A DNA stretch of 52,934 bases from Chitinophaga pinensis. GTDB lineage: Bacteria > Bacteroidota > Bacteroidia > CAMBQF01. Made by a program: the position numbers and the translations under genes. Below the pieces are notes generated by a model. It was not told the DNA's origin, did not search any database, and saw only the letters and a list, made by a program, of their open reading frames with translations. The stretch is from positions 1 to 52,934 of the forward strand of contig CAMBQF010000003.1 in NCBI GenBank assembly GCA_945869825.1, written 5' to 3'. Position 1 is the stretch's first letter, and every line of letters begins with the position of its first letter. Of the stretch, positions 40,170 through 49,286 are shown piece by piece.

Positions 40170-41015
40170 ATGTACAACTTTACACGGGTAACTACTGACA
40201 ATGAAGCCAACGCTGCACATGCAGGCCTCTTGGCCAATGTTTTTGAAAAACCGGTGCTGTTTACCCCTGCGTTTATTAAATGGCAATATGCTGATAACCC
40301 CGCAGGCCAAATAGTTGGTTATAATGCAATGGCAGGCGATGTTATGGCCGCGCATTATGTAACACAACCATTTTACGCTGTTTTAGAAGGTAGAAAAAGT
40401 AAGGGCTTACTATCACTTAATACCGCTACACATGCCGACCACAGAGGCAAGGGGCTATTTACCCGGCTGGCCGATAAAACGTATGAAGCTGCTGCTGCAG
40501 AGGGCTATGAATTTGTAATTGGCGTAGCCAACCAAAACTCTGTACATGGGTTTACCAAAAAGCTAGGCTTTCAGCTTGCGGGACAGTTGCACGCCAAGGT
40601 TGGTTTTGGGCATCCGCCTGCAATTAATAGCAATGTTAATGCACAGTATGAGCGGATATGGGATGCCCAAATGCTAAACTGGCGATTAGCCAACCCGTCA
40701 AACAATTATTTGTCGGCTGGAGGTAAGATGGTATCATTCTATTCTAAAACACATATACCATTTATAAAATCGCACTTAGTTAGTATAGATAAAAGTATAG
40801 TGAACAAGGAATTTGGCAGCACCGTGTTTAACCCACTAACATTGTATATTGGTATTGATGCAGGCATAAAATTTACAGGTAGCACGTTTTTCAATATCCC
40901 ATTGCGGTTTAGGCCGGCGCCACTCTACCTGATATTTAAAGATTTGACGGGGAAAGGCCAAGTTTTAGACTTTGATAACATACGGTTTAGGCTTATTGAT
41001 TTTGATGCCTATTAG
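40170..41015 (+). CDS. GNAT family N-acyltransferase
   Basis: WQYADNPAG, THADHRGKGLF and GVANQNS. Confidence 0.85.
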   Translation: MYNFTRVTTDNEANAAHAGLLANVFEKPVLFTPAFIKWQYADNPAGQIVGYNAMAGDVMAAHYVTQPFYAVLEGRKSKGLLSLNTATHADHRGKGLFTRLADKTYEAAAAEGYEFVIGVANQNSVHGFTKKLGFQLAGQLHAKVGFGHPPAINSNVNAQYERIWDAQMLNWRLANPSNNYLSAGGKMVSFYSKTHIPFIKSHLVSIDKSIVNKEFGSTVFNPLTLYIGIDAGIKFTGSTFFNIPLRFRPAPLYLIFKDLTGKGQVLDFDNIRFRLIDFDAY

Positions 41016-41058
41016 CAGGGTATTGATAGTTTGCAATTAAAATTTACATTTGCAACCC

Positions 41059-41910
41059 ATGTTTACGCCTTCAGAAAAATATTTCCTTTTTTCGATTGAT
41101 TTGGAAGACATCCGTTTTAGGATGCCTGATGGGGAAAAGTATGCAGAGCGTGTGCCGGCTATGGTAGATAAATACCTGGAATTTTTGAGCCGCCACAACA
41201 GTAAATGTACCTGGTTTACGGTGGGCGATGTTGCCCGCAAATACCCATCGATAATAAAAATGCTGGCTGACGAGGGGCATGAAATTGCCTGCCATACAGA
41301 CCTGCATATACCCCTTACCAAACAAAATAAAGAAAGTTTTAGCAACGATTTAAAGCGGAATATAGAATCGCTGTATAATGCAGGGGCTAAAAATATTATG
41401 GGTTTCAGGGCGCCTATATTTTCGCTAACCCCCAATACCCAATGGGCGTATGAAGTGTTGGAGCAGCAGGGCATTGTGTATTCAAGCTCGGTATTGCCAA
41501 ACCCCAACCCTTTTTATGGCTGGCCAAATTTTGGCGAAAACCCACGTATGGTAGGCCATGTGCTTGAAATACCTATGACGTTGGGGCGGTTTTTCCACCT
41601 GCGGGTACCTATTGCGGGGGGAGTGTATTTCCGCCTGTATAATTACAAGGCCCTGAAGTTGAATTTTGATATGCACTATAATGCGGGGAGAGCTGTTGTC
41701 AGCTACTTTCACCCATACGATATTGATACAGAACAGGAGCGCTTTATGCACCCCGACTTGAACGGGAGCAAGCTGTATAATTTTTTGATGTATTACAACC
41801 GTAAATCGGTATTGCCGCGTTTGGATAGTTTGATGCACGGTATGAAGCTAACTATTGTTCCTTACCGCGATTATATAGCTGATATTAAGCCATCGTTGGT
41901 AGTGGGGTAG
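41059..41910 (+). CDS. Polysaccharide deacetylase (CE4, DUF3473-type), paralog of 36470-37297
   Basis: FSIDLED, HEIACHTDLH, GFRAP, GGVYFR and YFHPYDID. It has its own -7 box TACATTTG at 41045-41052; start refined to 41059. Confidence 0.9.
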   Translation: MFTPSEKYFLFSIDLEDIRFRMPDGEKYAERVPAMVDKYLEFLSRHNSKCTWFTVGDVARKYPSIIKMLADEGHEIACHTDLHIPLTKQNKESFSNDLKRNIESLYNAGAKNIMGFRAPIFSLTPNTQWAYEVLEQQGIVYSSSVLPNPNPFYGWPNFGENPRMVGHVLEIPMTLGRFFHLRVPIAGGVYFRLYNYKALKLNFDMHYNAGRAVVSYFHPYDIDTEQERFMHPDLNGSKLYNFLMYYNRKSVLPRLDSLMHGMKLTIVPYRDYIADIKPSLVVG

Positions 41911-41911
41911 G

Positions 41912-42257
41912 CACCCCTTCCCCCCAAAGGGGGAGTTAATCCACCAATTATTTTAGTTGACAAAGGGCATGTTGAGGTTGTACCTTTGCATAAAACTGAA
42001 CTATGCCGTTACTACCCCTCCCCCTCTCCTAAAATTAATCCGCAGAATTGATAGCTTCTGCTACCGCCGGAAGGGTTTGAGGGTGCAATAAAAAGACTCC
42101 CTCCCCCTCGCAAGCTCGGGTACTCCCTCTTAGAGGGAGATTTAAAAAAAACAATCCGCAGAATTGATAGCATCTACTACCGCTGCAAGGGTTTGAGAGA
42201 TTCTATTTATACCTCCCCGCCCTAAAGGGCACCCCTCTTACATTAGGAGGGGAGTTT
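41912..42257. repeat. Composite repeat cluster: REP-like hairpins alternating with a 45-bp direct repeat
   Basis: Hairpin elements at 41912-41936, 42096-42143 and 42211-42257. Direct repeat copies at 42037-42081 and 42153-42197 (41/45 identical). Confidence 0.8.
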
Positions 42258-42281
42258 AAAAAATATACCAACTAAAAACCG

Positions 42282-42289
42282 TATCTTTG
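42282..42289 (+). promoter_or_regulatory. -7 promoter box of ileS
   Basis: TATCTTTG about 20 nt upstream of the ATG. Confidence 0.7.
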
Positions 42290-42308
42290 CACCTATTTTT
42301 TACAGACC

Positions 42309-45300
42309 ATGCAAAAGCAAGTATATACCGAATATAAAGGCCTTAACCTACCCAAGATAGCTGAAGAAATATTGGCGTTTTGGGAGAAGGAAGGCATATT
42401 CGAAAAGAGCATAACTACCCGCGAGGGCAGCCCGCAATTTACATTTTACGAAGGACCTCCTTCGGCTAACGGCCTGCCGGGCATACACCACGTTATGGCC
42501 CGCAGCATTAAAGATATTTTTTGCCGCTACCAAACCCTTAAAGGCTTTCAGGTAAACCGCAAAGCCGGTTGGGATACCCATGGCCTGCCTGTAGAGCTGG
42601 GCGTGGAAAAAGCTTTAGCCATAACCAAAGAAGACATTGGCAAAACCATTAGCATAGAAGACTATAACAAAGCCTGCCGCGCCGATGTAATGAAATATAC
42701 CGACCTATGGGCCCGCCTTACCAAGGAAATGGGCTATTGGGTAAACATGGAAGACCCCTACATTACCTACGAAACCGACTATATGGAGACCGTATGGTAC
42801 CTTTTGAAAATGTTTTTTGAGAAGGGGTATCTATACAAGGGCTACACCATACAGCCATACTCTCCCGCAGCAGGTACGGGGCTTAGCAGCCACGAGTTGA
42901 ACATGCCCGGCACCTACAAGGCAGTAAAAGACACTACGGTTGTAGCACAGTTTAAAATACAAGATGTAGATAAACTGCCCTTTACACCCACACATGAGGC
43001 GTTTTTCCTTGCCTGGACCACAACACCGTGGACATTACCATCGAACACCGCGTTAGCCATTGGTGAGAAGATAGATTATGTTGCCGTAGAAACATTAAAC
43101 CCATACACTTATAAGCCTGTTGTTGTAGTAATGGCAAAGGCGCTGATGGGTAAATACTTCCCTGAGAAAAACGCCGAATTGAAGTTTGAAGACTTTAAAG
43201 AAGGCGATAAAAACATCCCATTTCGCTTGGTTGGCGAGTTTAAAGGCAAAGACCTTGTTGGCATACGCTACGAACAGTTGATGCCCTACGCGCAACCAAT
43301 AGAAGGCGATGCCTTCCGCGCAGTTGCAGGTGATTTTGTAAGTACCGAAGATGGTACGGGTATCGTTCACATTGCTCCAAGCTTTGGTGCTGATGACTTC
43401 CGCACGGCTAAGCAAAACGGCATAGGCGCGTTAACATTGGTTGACCTGCGTGGCCGTTTTACCGATAACGTTGGCGAGTTTGCCGGCGAATATGTGAAGG
43501 AGCAATACCTTACCGACGAAGAAAAAGAAGCAGAACGCGCCAAGCAGGGCCGTGATAAATACCTGAATGTTGATGAGCGCATTGCCATCAAACTAAAGAC
43601 AGAAAACCGCGCGTTTAAAGTAGAAAAATACGAGCATAACTATCCCCATTGCTGGAGGACTGACAAGCCTGTTTTATACTATCCTCTTGACTCGTGGTTT
43701 ATCAAAACAACAGCGGCCAAACCGCGCCTGATAGAACTTAACAAAACCATAAACTGGATGCCTGAAAGCACCGGCAGCGGCCGCTTTGGCAACTGGCTGG
43801 AGAATTTGCAGGACTGGAACTTATCGCGCAGCCGCTACTGGGGCATACCATTGCCGCTGTGGATTAGTGAGGACAAGATGGAAACCACCTGTATAGGTTC
43901 GGTTGAGGAACTGAATAAAGAGATTGATAAAGCTATAGCTGCAGGGGTAATGAGCGGTAATCCGCTTAACCGCCCCGATGGCAGTGTTGACCTGCATAAA
44001 CCGTTTGTTGACGAGGTAATATTGATTAGCCCAACAGGTCAAAAAATGTACCGCGAATCGGACTTAATAGACGTGTGGTTTGACTCTGGTGCTATGCCTT
44101 ATGCCCAGCTACACTGGCCTTTTGAGAACCAGGATAAGTTTAAAACAATGTTCCCTGCCGATTTTATTGCAGAGGGCGTTGACCAAACCCGCGGCTGGTT
44201 TTTTACATTGCACACCATTGCGGTAATGCTGTTTGACAGTGTTGCTTATAAAAACGTTGTATCGAACGGGTTGGTGCTGGATAAGAACGGCAATAAAATG
44301 TCGAAGCGTTTAGGCAACGCTGTTGACCCGTTTGAAACCCTTGGCAAATATGGCCCCGATGCTACCCGCTGGTACATGATAACCAACGCGCAGCCTTGGG
44401 ACAACCTTAAGTTTGACGTAGAAGGCATTGGCGAGGTGCAACGTAAGTTCTTCGGCACGCTATACAACACCTACTCGTTTTTTGCGCTGTATGCCAATAT
44501 TGACAAGTTTGTAATAGACGAAAATAACCTGGTGCCTGTTGCTGAGCGCAGCGAGCTTGACCGTTGGATACTATCTAAACTACACAGTCTTATAAAGCTG
44601 GTAACAGAGCAACTGGATGCATACGACCCAACACCGGCTGCACGCGCTATAGACGAGTTTGTGGGTGAGCATTTAAGTAACTGGTATGTACGTTTAAGTC
44701 GCCGTCGTTTTTGGAAAGGGGATATGAACCCCGATAAGAAGGCCGCTTACGAAACACTATATGAGTGCCTTAACACAGTAGCCCAGTTGATGAGCCCTGT
44801 GGCCCCGTTTTTTGCCGATTGGTTGTACCAAAACCTTAACGCTGCGGGCGAAGGCAAACCAGAATCGGTACACTTAACATTTCTTGCTAAAGCCGACGAA
44901 AAGTTTATAGACAAAGCACTGGAAGAGCGTATGGAGCTGGCGCAGAAAATAACATCGCTTACCCTTGCTTTGCGCAAAAAGGTAAACATACGTGTACGCC
45001 AGCCATTGAATAAAATAATGGTGCCTGTATTGAATGATGACTTCCGCAAAAAAGTGGAAGAGGTGAAGGGGTTAATATTATCAGAAGTAAACGTTAAGGA
45101 ACTGGAATTTTTGGTTGATACCGGATTCCTTGTTAAGAAAATAAAGCCCGACTTTAAAGCCCTTGGCCCTAAGCACGGTAAGCTGATGAAGTCTATAGCG
45201 GCTGTAATTGGCACATTTACTAAAGAGGATATTACCGAGATAGAAACGCACGGCTACAAAGACATTACTGTTGAAGGCCAGCCTATAAAGCTGGAAGCCA

Positions 45301-45665
45301 ACGATGTGGAGATACTGACCGACGACATACCGGGATGGGTGGTAAACAGCTGGAACGGGGTAACTGTGGCGCTGGACATAACCCTGACCGAGCAGTTAAA
45401 AGAAGAAGGCATAGCCCGCGAATTGGTAAACCGTATACAAAATATAAGGAAAGACCTTGACTATGAGGTAACTGACCGCATTGAAGTGTTAATACAACAT
45501 CATGATTTGATTGCCCCGGCTGTGCTAAATAATTTCGAGTATATTTGCGCCGAAACTTTAGCAGGGCATTTAGAGTTAAAGCCTTTGTTAAATGCGGGAG
45601 AAGCAGTAAACGTTGAGGTAGACGAAAACGTTGAAACCCTTATCCTTATTAGTAAACTTAATTAG
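42309..45665 (+). CDS. ileS: Isoleucine--tRNA ligase, type 2
   Basis: EGPPSANGLPGIHH, GWDTHGLP, WTTTPWTLP, DQTRGWF and KMSKR; no C-terminal zinc motif. Confidence 0.98.
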   Translation: MQKQVYTEYKGLNLPKIAEEILAFWEKEGIFEKSITTREGSPQFTFYEGPPSANGLPGIHHVMARSIKDIFCRYQTLKGFQVNRKAGWDTHGLPVELGVEKALAITKEDIGKTISIEDYNKACRADVMKYTDLWARLTKEMGYWVNMEDPYITYETDYMETVWYLLKMFFEKGYLYKGYTIQPYSPAAGTGLSSHELNMPGTYKAVKDTTVVAQFKIQDVDKLPFTPTHEAFFLAWTTTPWTLPSNTALAIGEKIDYVAVETLNPYTYKPVVVVMAKALMGKYFPEKNAELKFEDFKEGDKNIPFRLVGEFKGKDLVGIRYEQLMPYAQPIEGDAFRAVAGDFVSTEDGTGIVHIAPSFGADDFRTAKQNGIGALTLVDLRGRFTDNVGEFAGEYVKEQYLTDEEKEAERAKQGRDKYLNVDERIAIKLKTENRAFKVEKYEHNYPHCWRTDKPVLYYPLDSWFIKTTAAKPRLIELNKTINWMPESTGSGRFGNWLENLQDWNLSRSRYWGIPLPLWISEDKMETTCIGSVEELNKEIDKAIAAGVMSGNPLNRPDGSVDLHKPFVDEVILISPTGQKMYRESDLIDVWFDSGAMPYAQLHWPFENQDKFKTMFPADFIAEGVDQTRGWFFTLHTIAVMLFDSVAYKNVVSNGLVLDKNGNKMSKRLGNAVDPFETLGKYGPDATRWYMITNAQPWDNLKFDVEGIGEVQRKFFGTLYNTYSFFALYANIDKFVIDENNLVPVAERSELDRWILSKLHSLIKLVTEQLDAYDPTPAARAIDEFVGEHLSNWYVRLSRRRFWKGDMNPDKKAAYETLYECLNTVAQLMSPVAPFFADWLYQNLNAAGEGKPESVHLTFLAKADEKFIDKALEERMELAQKITSLTLALRKKVNIRVRQPLNKIMVPVLNDDFRKKVEEVKGLILSEVNVKELEFLVDTGFLVKKIKPDFKALGPKHGKLMKSIAAVIGTFTKEDITEIETHGYKDITVEGQPIKLEANDVEILTDDIPGWVVNSWNGVTVALDITLTEQLKEEGIARELVNRIQNIRKDLDYEVTDRIEVLIQHHDLIAPAVLNNFEYICAETLAGHLELKPLLNAGEAVNVEVDENVETLILISKLN

Positions 45666-45693
45666 TGTAACCCATAATAACCTATAATAAATT

Positions 45694-46128
45694 ATGGCAA
45701 AGAAAGTAGTTACAAATGACAAACCTGCGGCTGAAAAAACCAGCTACAGCCATGAAGAGCTGATGGAGTTTAAGGAGATAATCAACCGTAAGCTTGAAGA
45801 AGCGCGCACTGACTACGACCTTTTGGTTAGCTCTTTTTCTAACAAAGATGACCATGGTACTGATGATACTTCGCCAACATTTAAATTGTTAGAAGAAGGC
45901 TCTGAGGTTCTTTCTAAAGAAGAGACAGGCCAGCTTGCTACCCGCCAGAAAAAATTTATTGAGAGTCTGGAAGCAGCTTTGGTACGTATACAAAACAAAA
46001 CATACGGTATTTGCCGTGTTACAGGTAAACTTATACCTAAAGAGCGCCTACGCATTGTGCCCCACGCTACCCTTAGCATGGAAGCTAAAATGCAACGTAA
46101 TGACTTTAACACCAGCAGCGGAGACTAA
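45694..46128 (+). CDS. dksA: TraR/DksA family regulator
   Basis: Coiled coil with DDTSPTF, then ALVRIQNKTYGICRVTGKLIPKERL. Confidence 0.88.
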   Translation: MAKKVVTNDKPAAEKTSYSHEELMEFKEIINRKLEEARTDYDLLVSSFSNKDDHGTDDTSPTFKLLEEGSEVLSKEETGQLATRQKKFIESLEAALVRIQNKTYGICRVTGKLIPKERLRIVPHATLSMEAKMQRNDFNTSSGD

Positions 46129-46184
46129 TTATTAAACACGATTTTTTAGCCCCGGCACGAAAGTCACCGGGGCTTTTGTATAGT

Positions 46185-46868
46185 ATGAAAAAGCCTTTGC
46201 TAATAATATTCCTAGTACTGCTTATAGACCAGACTATAAAGTTTTGGATTAAAACGCATATGTACATAGGCGAATCGATTAAGGTACTGGGTGATAAATT
46301 TCAGATATACTTTATTGAAAATAACGGTATGGCCTTTGGCATGGAACTAGGTGAAACCGACTATAGCAAACTAGCCCTTAGCCTTATACGCATTGTGTTT
46401 GTTACTGGCATAGCGTGGTATTTATACAAAATAACAAGCAGTAAAGAGAAAGCGCCCAATGGTTTAATAGTTAGCCTGTCGCTGATATTTGCCGGTGCTA
46501 TAGGTAATATTATTGATAGTATGTTTTATGGCCTGCTGTTTAGTGCCAGCCCCGAGGGAACCCCTATTGTGGCTGAGTTTTTGCCCGCAGGTGGCGGCTA
46601 CGCCCCGTTTTTAAAAGGGCAGGTGGTAGATATGCTCTACTTCCCCTTATTTACCATTGAGCATATGCCCAACTGGATACCATTTATAGGTGGAGAGCGT
46701 TTTAGCTTTTTCAGCGCTATATTTAACATTGCAGACAGCGCAATTACCGTTGGAGTACTAATGATGCTGTTCTTCCAAAAGCGCTATTTCACATCGAAAA
46801 ATGTGATAAATACGAAGCCAGCTACAACTAAAGTAGAAAACGCCGAACCAGGCCAAAACCCTAAATAG
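46185..46868 (+). CDS. lspA: Lipoprotein signal peptidase
   Basis: IDQTIK, NNGMAFG, GAIGNIID, VVDML and FNIADS. Start refined to 46185. Confidence 0.95.
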   Translation: MKKPLLIIFLVLLIDQTIKFWIKTHMYIGESIKVLGDKFQIYFIENNGMAFGMELGETDYSKLALSLIRIVFVTGIAWYLYKITSSKEKAPNGLIVSLSLIFAGAIGNIIDSMFYGLLFSASPEGTPIVAEFLPAGGGYAPFLKGQVVDMLYFPLFTIEHMPNWIPFIGGERFSFFSAIFNIADSAITVGVLMMLFFQKRYFTSKNVINTKPATTKVENAEPGQNPK

Positions 46869-46870
46869 GG

Positions 46871-47050
46871 CTACTTAGGGAATATCACGTAGCGGAATAG
46901 TAGAATAAATAAACAGATGATGAACATGAAAATAGACAAACGGTTAATGCCGTGCATCATCCGTAAGTTAAAGTTTGGCCTTGGGGCGCCTTCTTGTGGC
47001 TTAGCAAAAAAGGTGCGCAAATCAAGGTAATGAAGTACTTTTTTCCACAT
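46871..47050 (-). CDS. 59-aa small membrane protein (DUF6728-like), absent from the ORF track
   Basis: Manual translation gives MWKKVLHYLDLRTFFAKPQEGAPRPNFNLRMMHGINRLSIFMFIICLFILLFRYVIFPK*, which fills the gap exactly. Confidence 0.8.
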   Translation of the reverse strand: MWKKVLHYLDLRTFFAKPQEGAPRPNFNLRMMHGINRLSIFMFIICLFILLFRYVIFPK

Positions 47051-47092
47051 AGTGCGTATACTGTAATAAAATATAAAGGTAGTAAAATTGTG

Positions 47093-48697
47093 CTACTTAA
47101 TAATATGCAACAGGTAGTGTTTTTCCAGCGTTTGGTTGCGGGTGGCAGGGTTAAGGAATCTGGCCGATAGCATTACAATATGGTAATGGTTAAACAGCTT
47201 TTCTTCTGCTACATTTAGGCCCTTTGCTTTTACTTCGTTGTAGCCTGCTTCGTCGGTTACCAGCCATACATCGCCGGTTAAGGTATCGGGTGTTGTTTCG
47301 GCAATAATGGTGCGTGTATAAAACTCGAAAGCATGGCCTAGGGTATGGTAATAGCGAATGTTGTTTACTGATATTTTCTTTTCTACCACATAGTGCGCCA
47401 TAACGCTGCTGCTATGGTATTGCAATAGTTGTGGATAGATGTAGCTATTCATAATCCCATTGAATATAGCCAATGCAAACAAGCCCGGAAACAGCAGACG
47501 GACAATGCCGTTTGTTTTAAAGAACAGCCATAATGCAAAGCCTGCAACGGCTGCTATTATTGCCCATAATACAATGTTCTGCATTGGGAAAAACCATATG
47601 CAAAACAACCCGATAACAACCAATGCAAGCACAACAACAAACAGGTGCAGGTAGCGGAATATGCGCTCTGTGCTAATATCCAGACCTGTAACGTAGCTTG
47701 CAGCCAACAATGCGCCAAACGGGGCTACTACAAATATGTAGTGTGGCAACTTGTAGTGCGACATTGACAGGGCGATAAACGGCAGCGTAAAACCCGCCAG
47801 CAACAATACCTGCCTGGCATAGCGCTGCGCGAATTTGCTTTTAAGTACCAGCCAAACATTGTTTGCCCAAGCCCAATACGCCAGCAACGAGAATGGCAGA
47901 AATGCCCATAAAAAAGTGTGTACAAAAAAGAAATAACCGGCATCATTTTTCCATACATTCTCGCCCGTAATGCGGCCAAAGCTTTGAGTCCAAAAGAAAA
48001 AGAGCGGCCCATCAGCCCCATACTGCTTATAAAGCCCATACACCATTGGAGCCAGTAGAATACCAATAATACCTAAGCCTATTAACCATCGGGGATTGAA
48101 GATGGTTTTATAATCGCGTTTGTAGAGTAAATACGTGCCCAAGGCTAACACAGGAACCATAATACCCAACGGGCCTTTGGCCAGCATACCTAAAGCTACA
48201 AACAGAAAGCCAATGATGAAATGGAACGGCTTTTTGGTATCAATATATTCAAACAAGGCCCAAACGGCTGTGATGACTGATGCCGCCAACATTGTATCGG
48301 TGCGGACATCGTTATTAAAGCTATACCAAGCCTGACAACCGTAGAGCATAAGGGCAGCAATTTGTCCGGTTTGCTTGGTGTACAGCTTTTTGCCCAATGC
48401 ATAGGTTGTATATACACCCATAAGCGTAAACAAGAACGATGGCAACTTGTAGGCAAAATTAGATACCCCAAACAGCTTAAACATAAGTGCTGAACACCAA
48501 AACAGTAAAGGTGGTTTGTCTAGGTAATTTTGGTGGCGATGCATTACCTGTAGCCAGCTGCCCTCGTCGGCCATTTCGCGGCTAATGTTTGCATACTGCG
48601 CGGCATCAACCTCCATCACATCAACAAACAACCCTACTATGTATACAATAGTAAAAGCTATAAATGCCCAAGGGAGTATCTTGCTAAACTTGTTCAA
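47093..48697 (-). CDS. ArnT/PMT-family (GT39/GT83) membrane glycosyltransferase
   Basis: DAAQYA, YLDKPPLLFW, LAKGP and YKLPHYI, with many TM segments. Confidence 0.9.
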   Translation of the reverse strand: MNKFSKILPWAFIAFTIVYIVGLFVDVMEVDAAQYANISREMADEGSWLQVMHRHQNYLDKPPLLFWCSALMFKLFGVSNFAYKLPSFLFTLMGVYTTYALGKKLYTKQTGQIAALMLYGCQAWYSFNNDVRTDTMLAASVITAVWALFEYIDTKKPFHFIIGFLFVALGMLAKGPLGIMVPVLALGTYLLYKRDYKTIFNPRWLIGLGIIGILLAPMVYGLYKQYGADGPLFFFWTQSFGRITGENVWKNDAGYFFFVHTFLWAFLPFSLLAYWAWANNVWLVLKSKFAQRYARQVLLLAGFTLPFIALSMSHYKLPHYIFVVAPFGALLAASYVTGLDISTERIFRYLHLFVVVLALVVIGLFCIWFFPMQNIVLWAIIAAVAGFALWLFFKTNGIVRLLFPGLFALAIFNGIMNSYIYPQLLQYHSSSVMAHYVVEKKISVNNIRYYHTLGHAFEFYTRTIIAETTPDTLTGDVWLVTDEAGYNEVKAKGLNVAEEKLFNHYHIVMLSARFLNPATRNQTLEKHYLLHIIK

Positions 48698-48698
48698 A

Positions 48699-49286
48699 TC
48701 AGCTGTTTCGTAATAGTTTGTCTAATGCTAATACCTGTGCTATAACAGGGACGTTTCCTTCATTCCAAATAACATAATCGGCGTGGGTCAGTTTTTGGGT
48801 TTCGTCCCACTGGTTTTTTACGCGGGCCAGCACCTCATCGCGGGTGGCATTGTCGCGCTGCATAACCCGGTGCAGTCGGGTTTTTTCATTAGCCGCCACC
48901 AATATGCTTTTATCCAGTTGCTTGTAAGCACCACTTTCAAAAAGTATGGCTGCTTCGTAAATTATGTAAGGAGAATTTTTATTCTCTGTTAACCAAATAG
49001 GTAAGCCTGCACGCACGGCAGGGTGTACAATAGCATTCAGCTTGGCCAATGCATCTGGGTTATTGAAAACCAGAGCCGCCATTTTAGGCCTGTCAAGCTT
49101 GTCGGTGGCATACATATCAGCACCAAAGGTTTCTTTAATTTGAGCAACAACGCTTGGGTCTTGGTCGGTGATGTTGCGGGCAACCTCATCGGCATGGTAA
49201 ACAGGAACGCCCAAGGCCTTAAACACCTTGCACACGGTAGACTTGCCGCTACCAATGCCACCGGTTATGCCAACTTTTAAGGTCAT
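48699..49286 (-). CDS. coaE: Dephospho-CoA kinase
   Basis: GITGGIGSGKS, LNAIVHPAV and EAAILFE. Confidence 0.96.
   Translation of the reverse strand: MTLKVGITGGIGSGKSTVCKVFKALGVPVYHADEVARNITDQDPSVVAQIKETFGADMYATDKLDRPKMAALVFNNPDALAKLNAIVHPAVRAGLPIWLTENKNSPYIIYEAAILFESGAYKQLDKSILVAANEKTRLHRVMQRDNATRDEVLARVKNQWDETQKLTHADYVIWNEGNVPVIAQVLALDKLLRNS

Noticed and set aside
42037-42197. CRISPR array
   Set aside because: Only two 45-bp copies, the 71-bp interval is itself a palindromic repeat element, and there are no cas genes in the window.
42037-42197. Direct repeats as duplicated coding remnants (minus strand QTLPAVAEAINSAD / QTLAAVVDAINSAD)
   Set aside because: All three differing codons change the amino acid and there is no convincing start context, so coding selection is unsupported.
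41912-42308. T-box riboswitch upstream of ileS
   Set aside because: No T-box consensus or specifier stem is recognisable, and ileS has a promoter box only about 20 nt upstream of its ATG.
45694-46128. DksA with only one zinc-finger cysteine as a possible pseudogene
   Set aside because: The CRVTGKLI...HATLS form is the usual Bacteroidota variant, and the ORF is intact in its normal ileS-lspA context.
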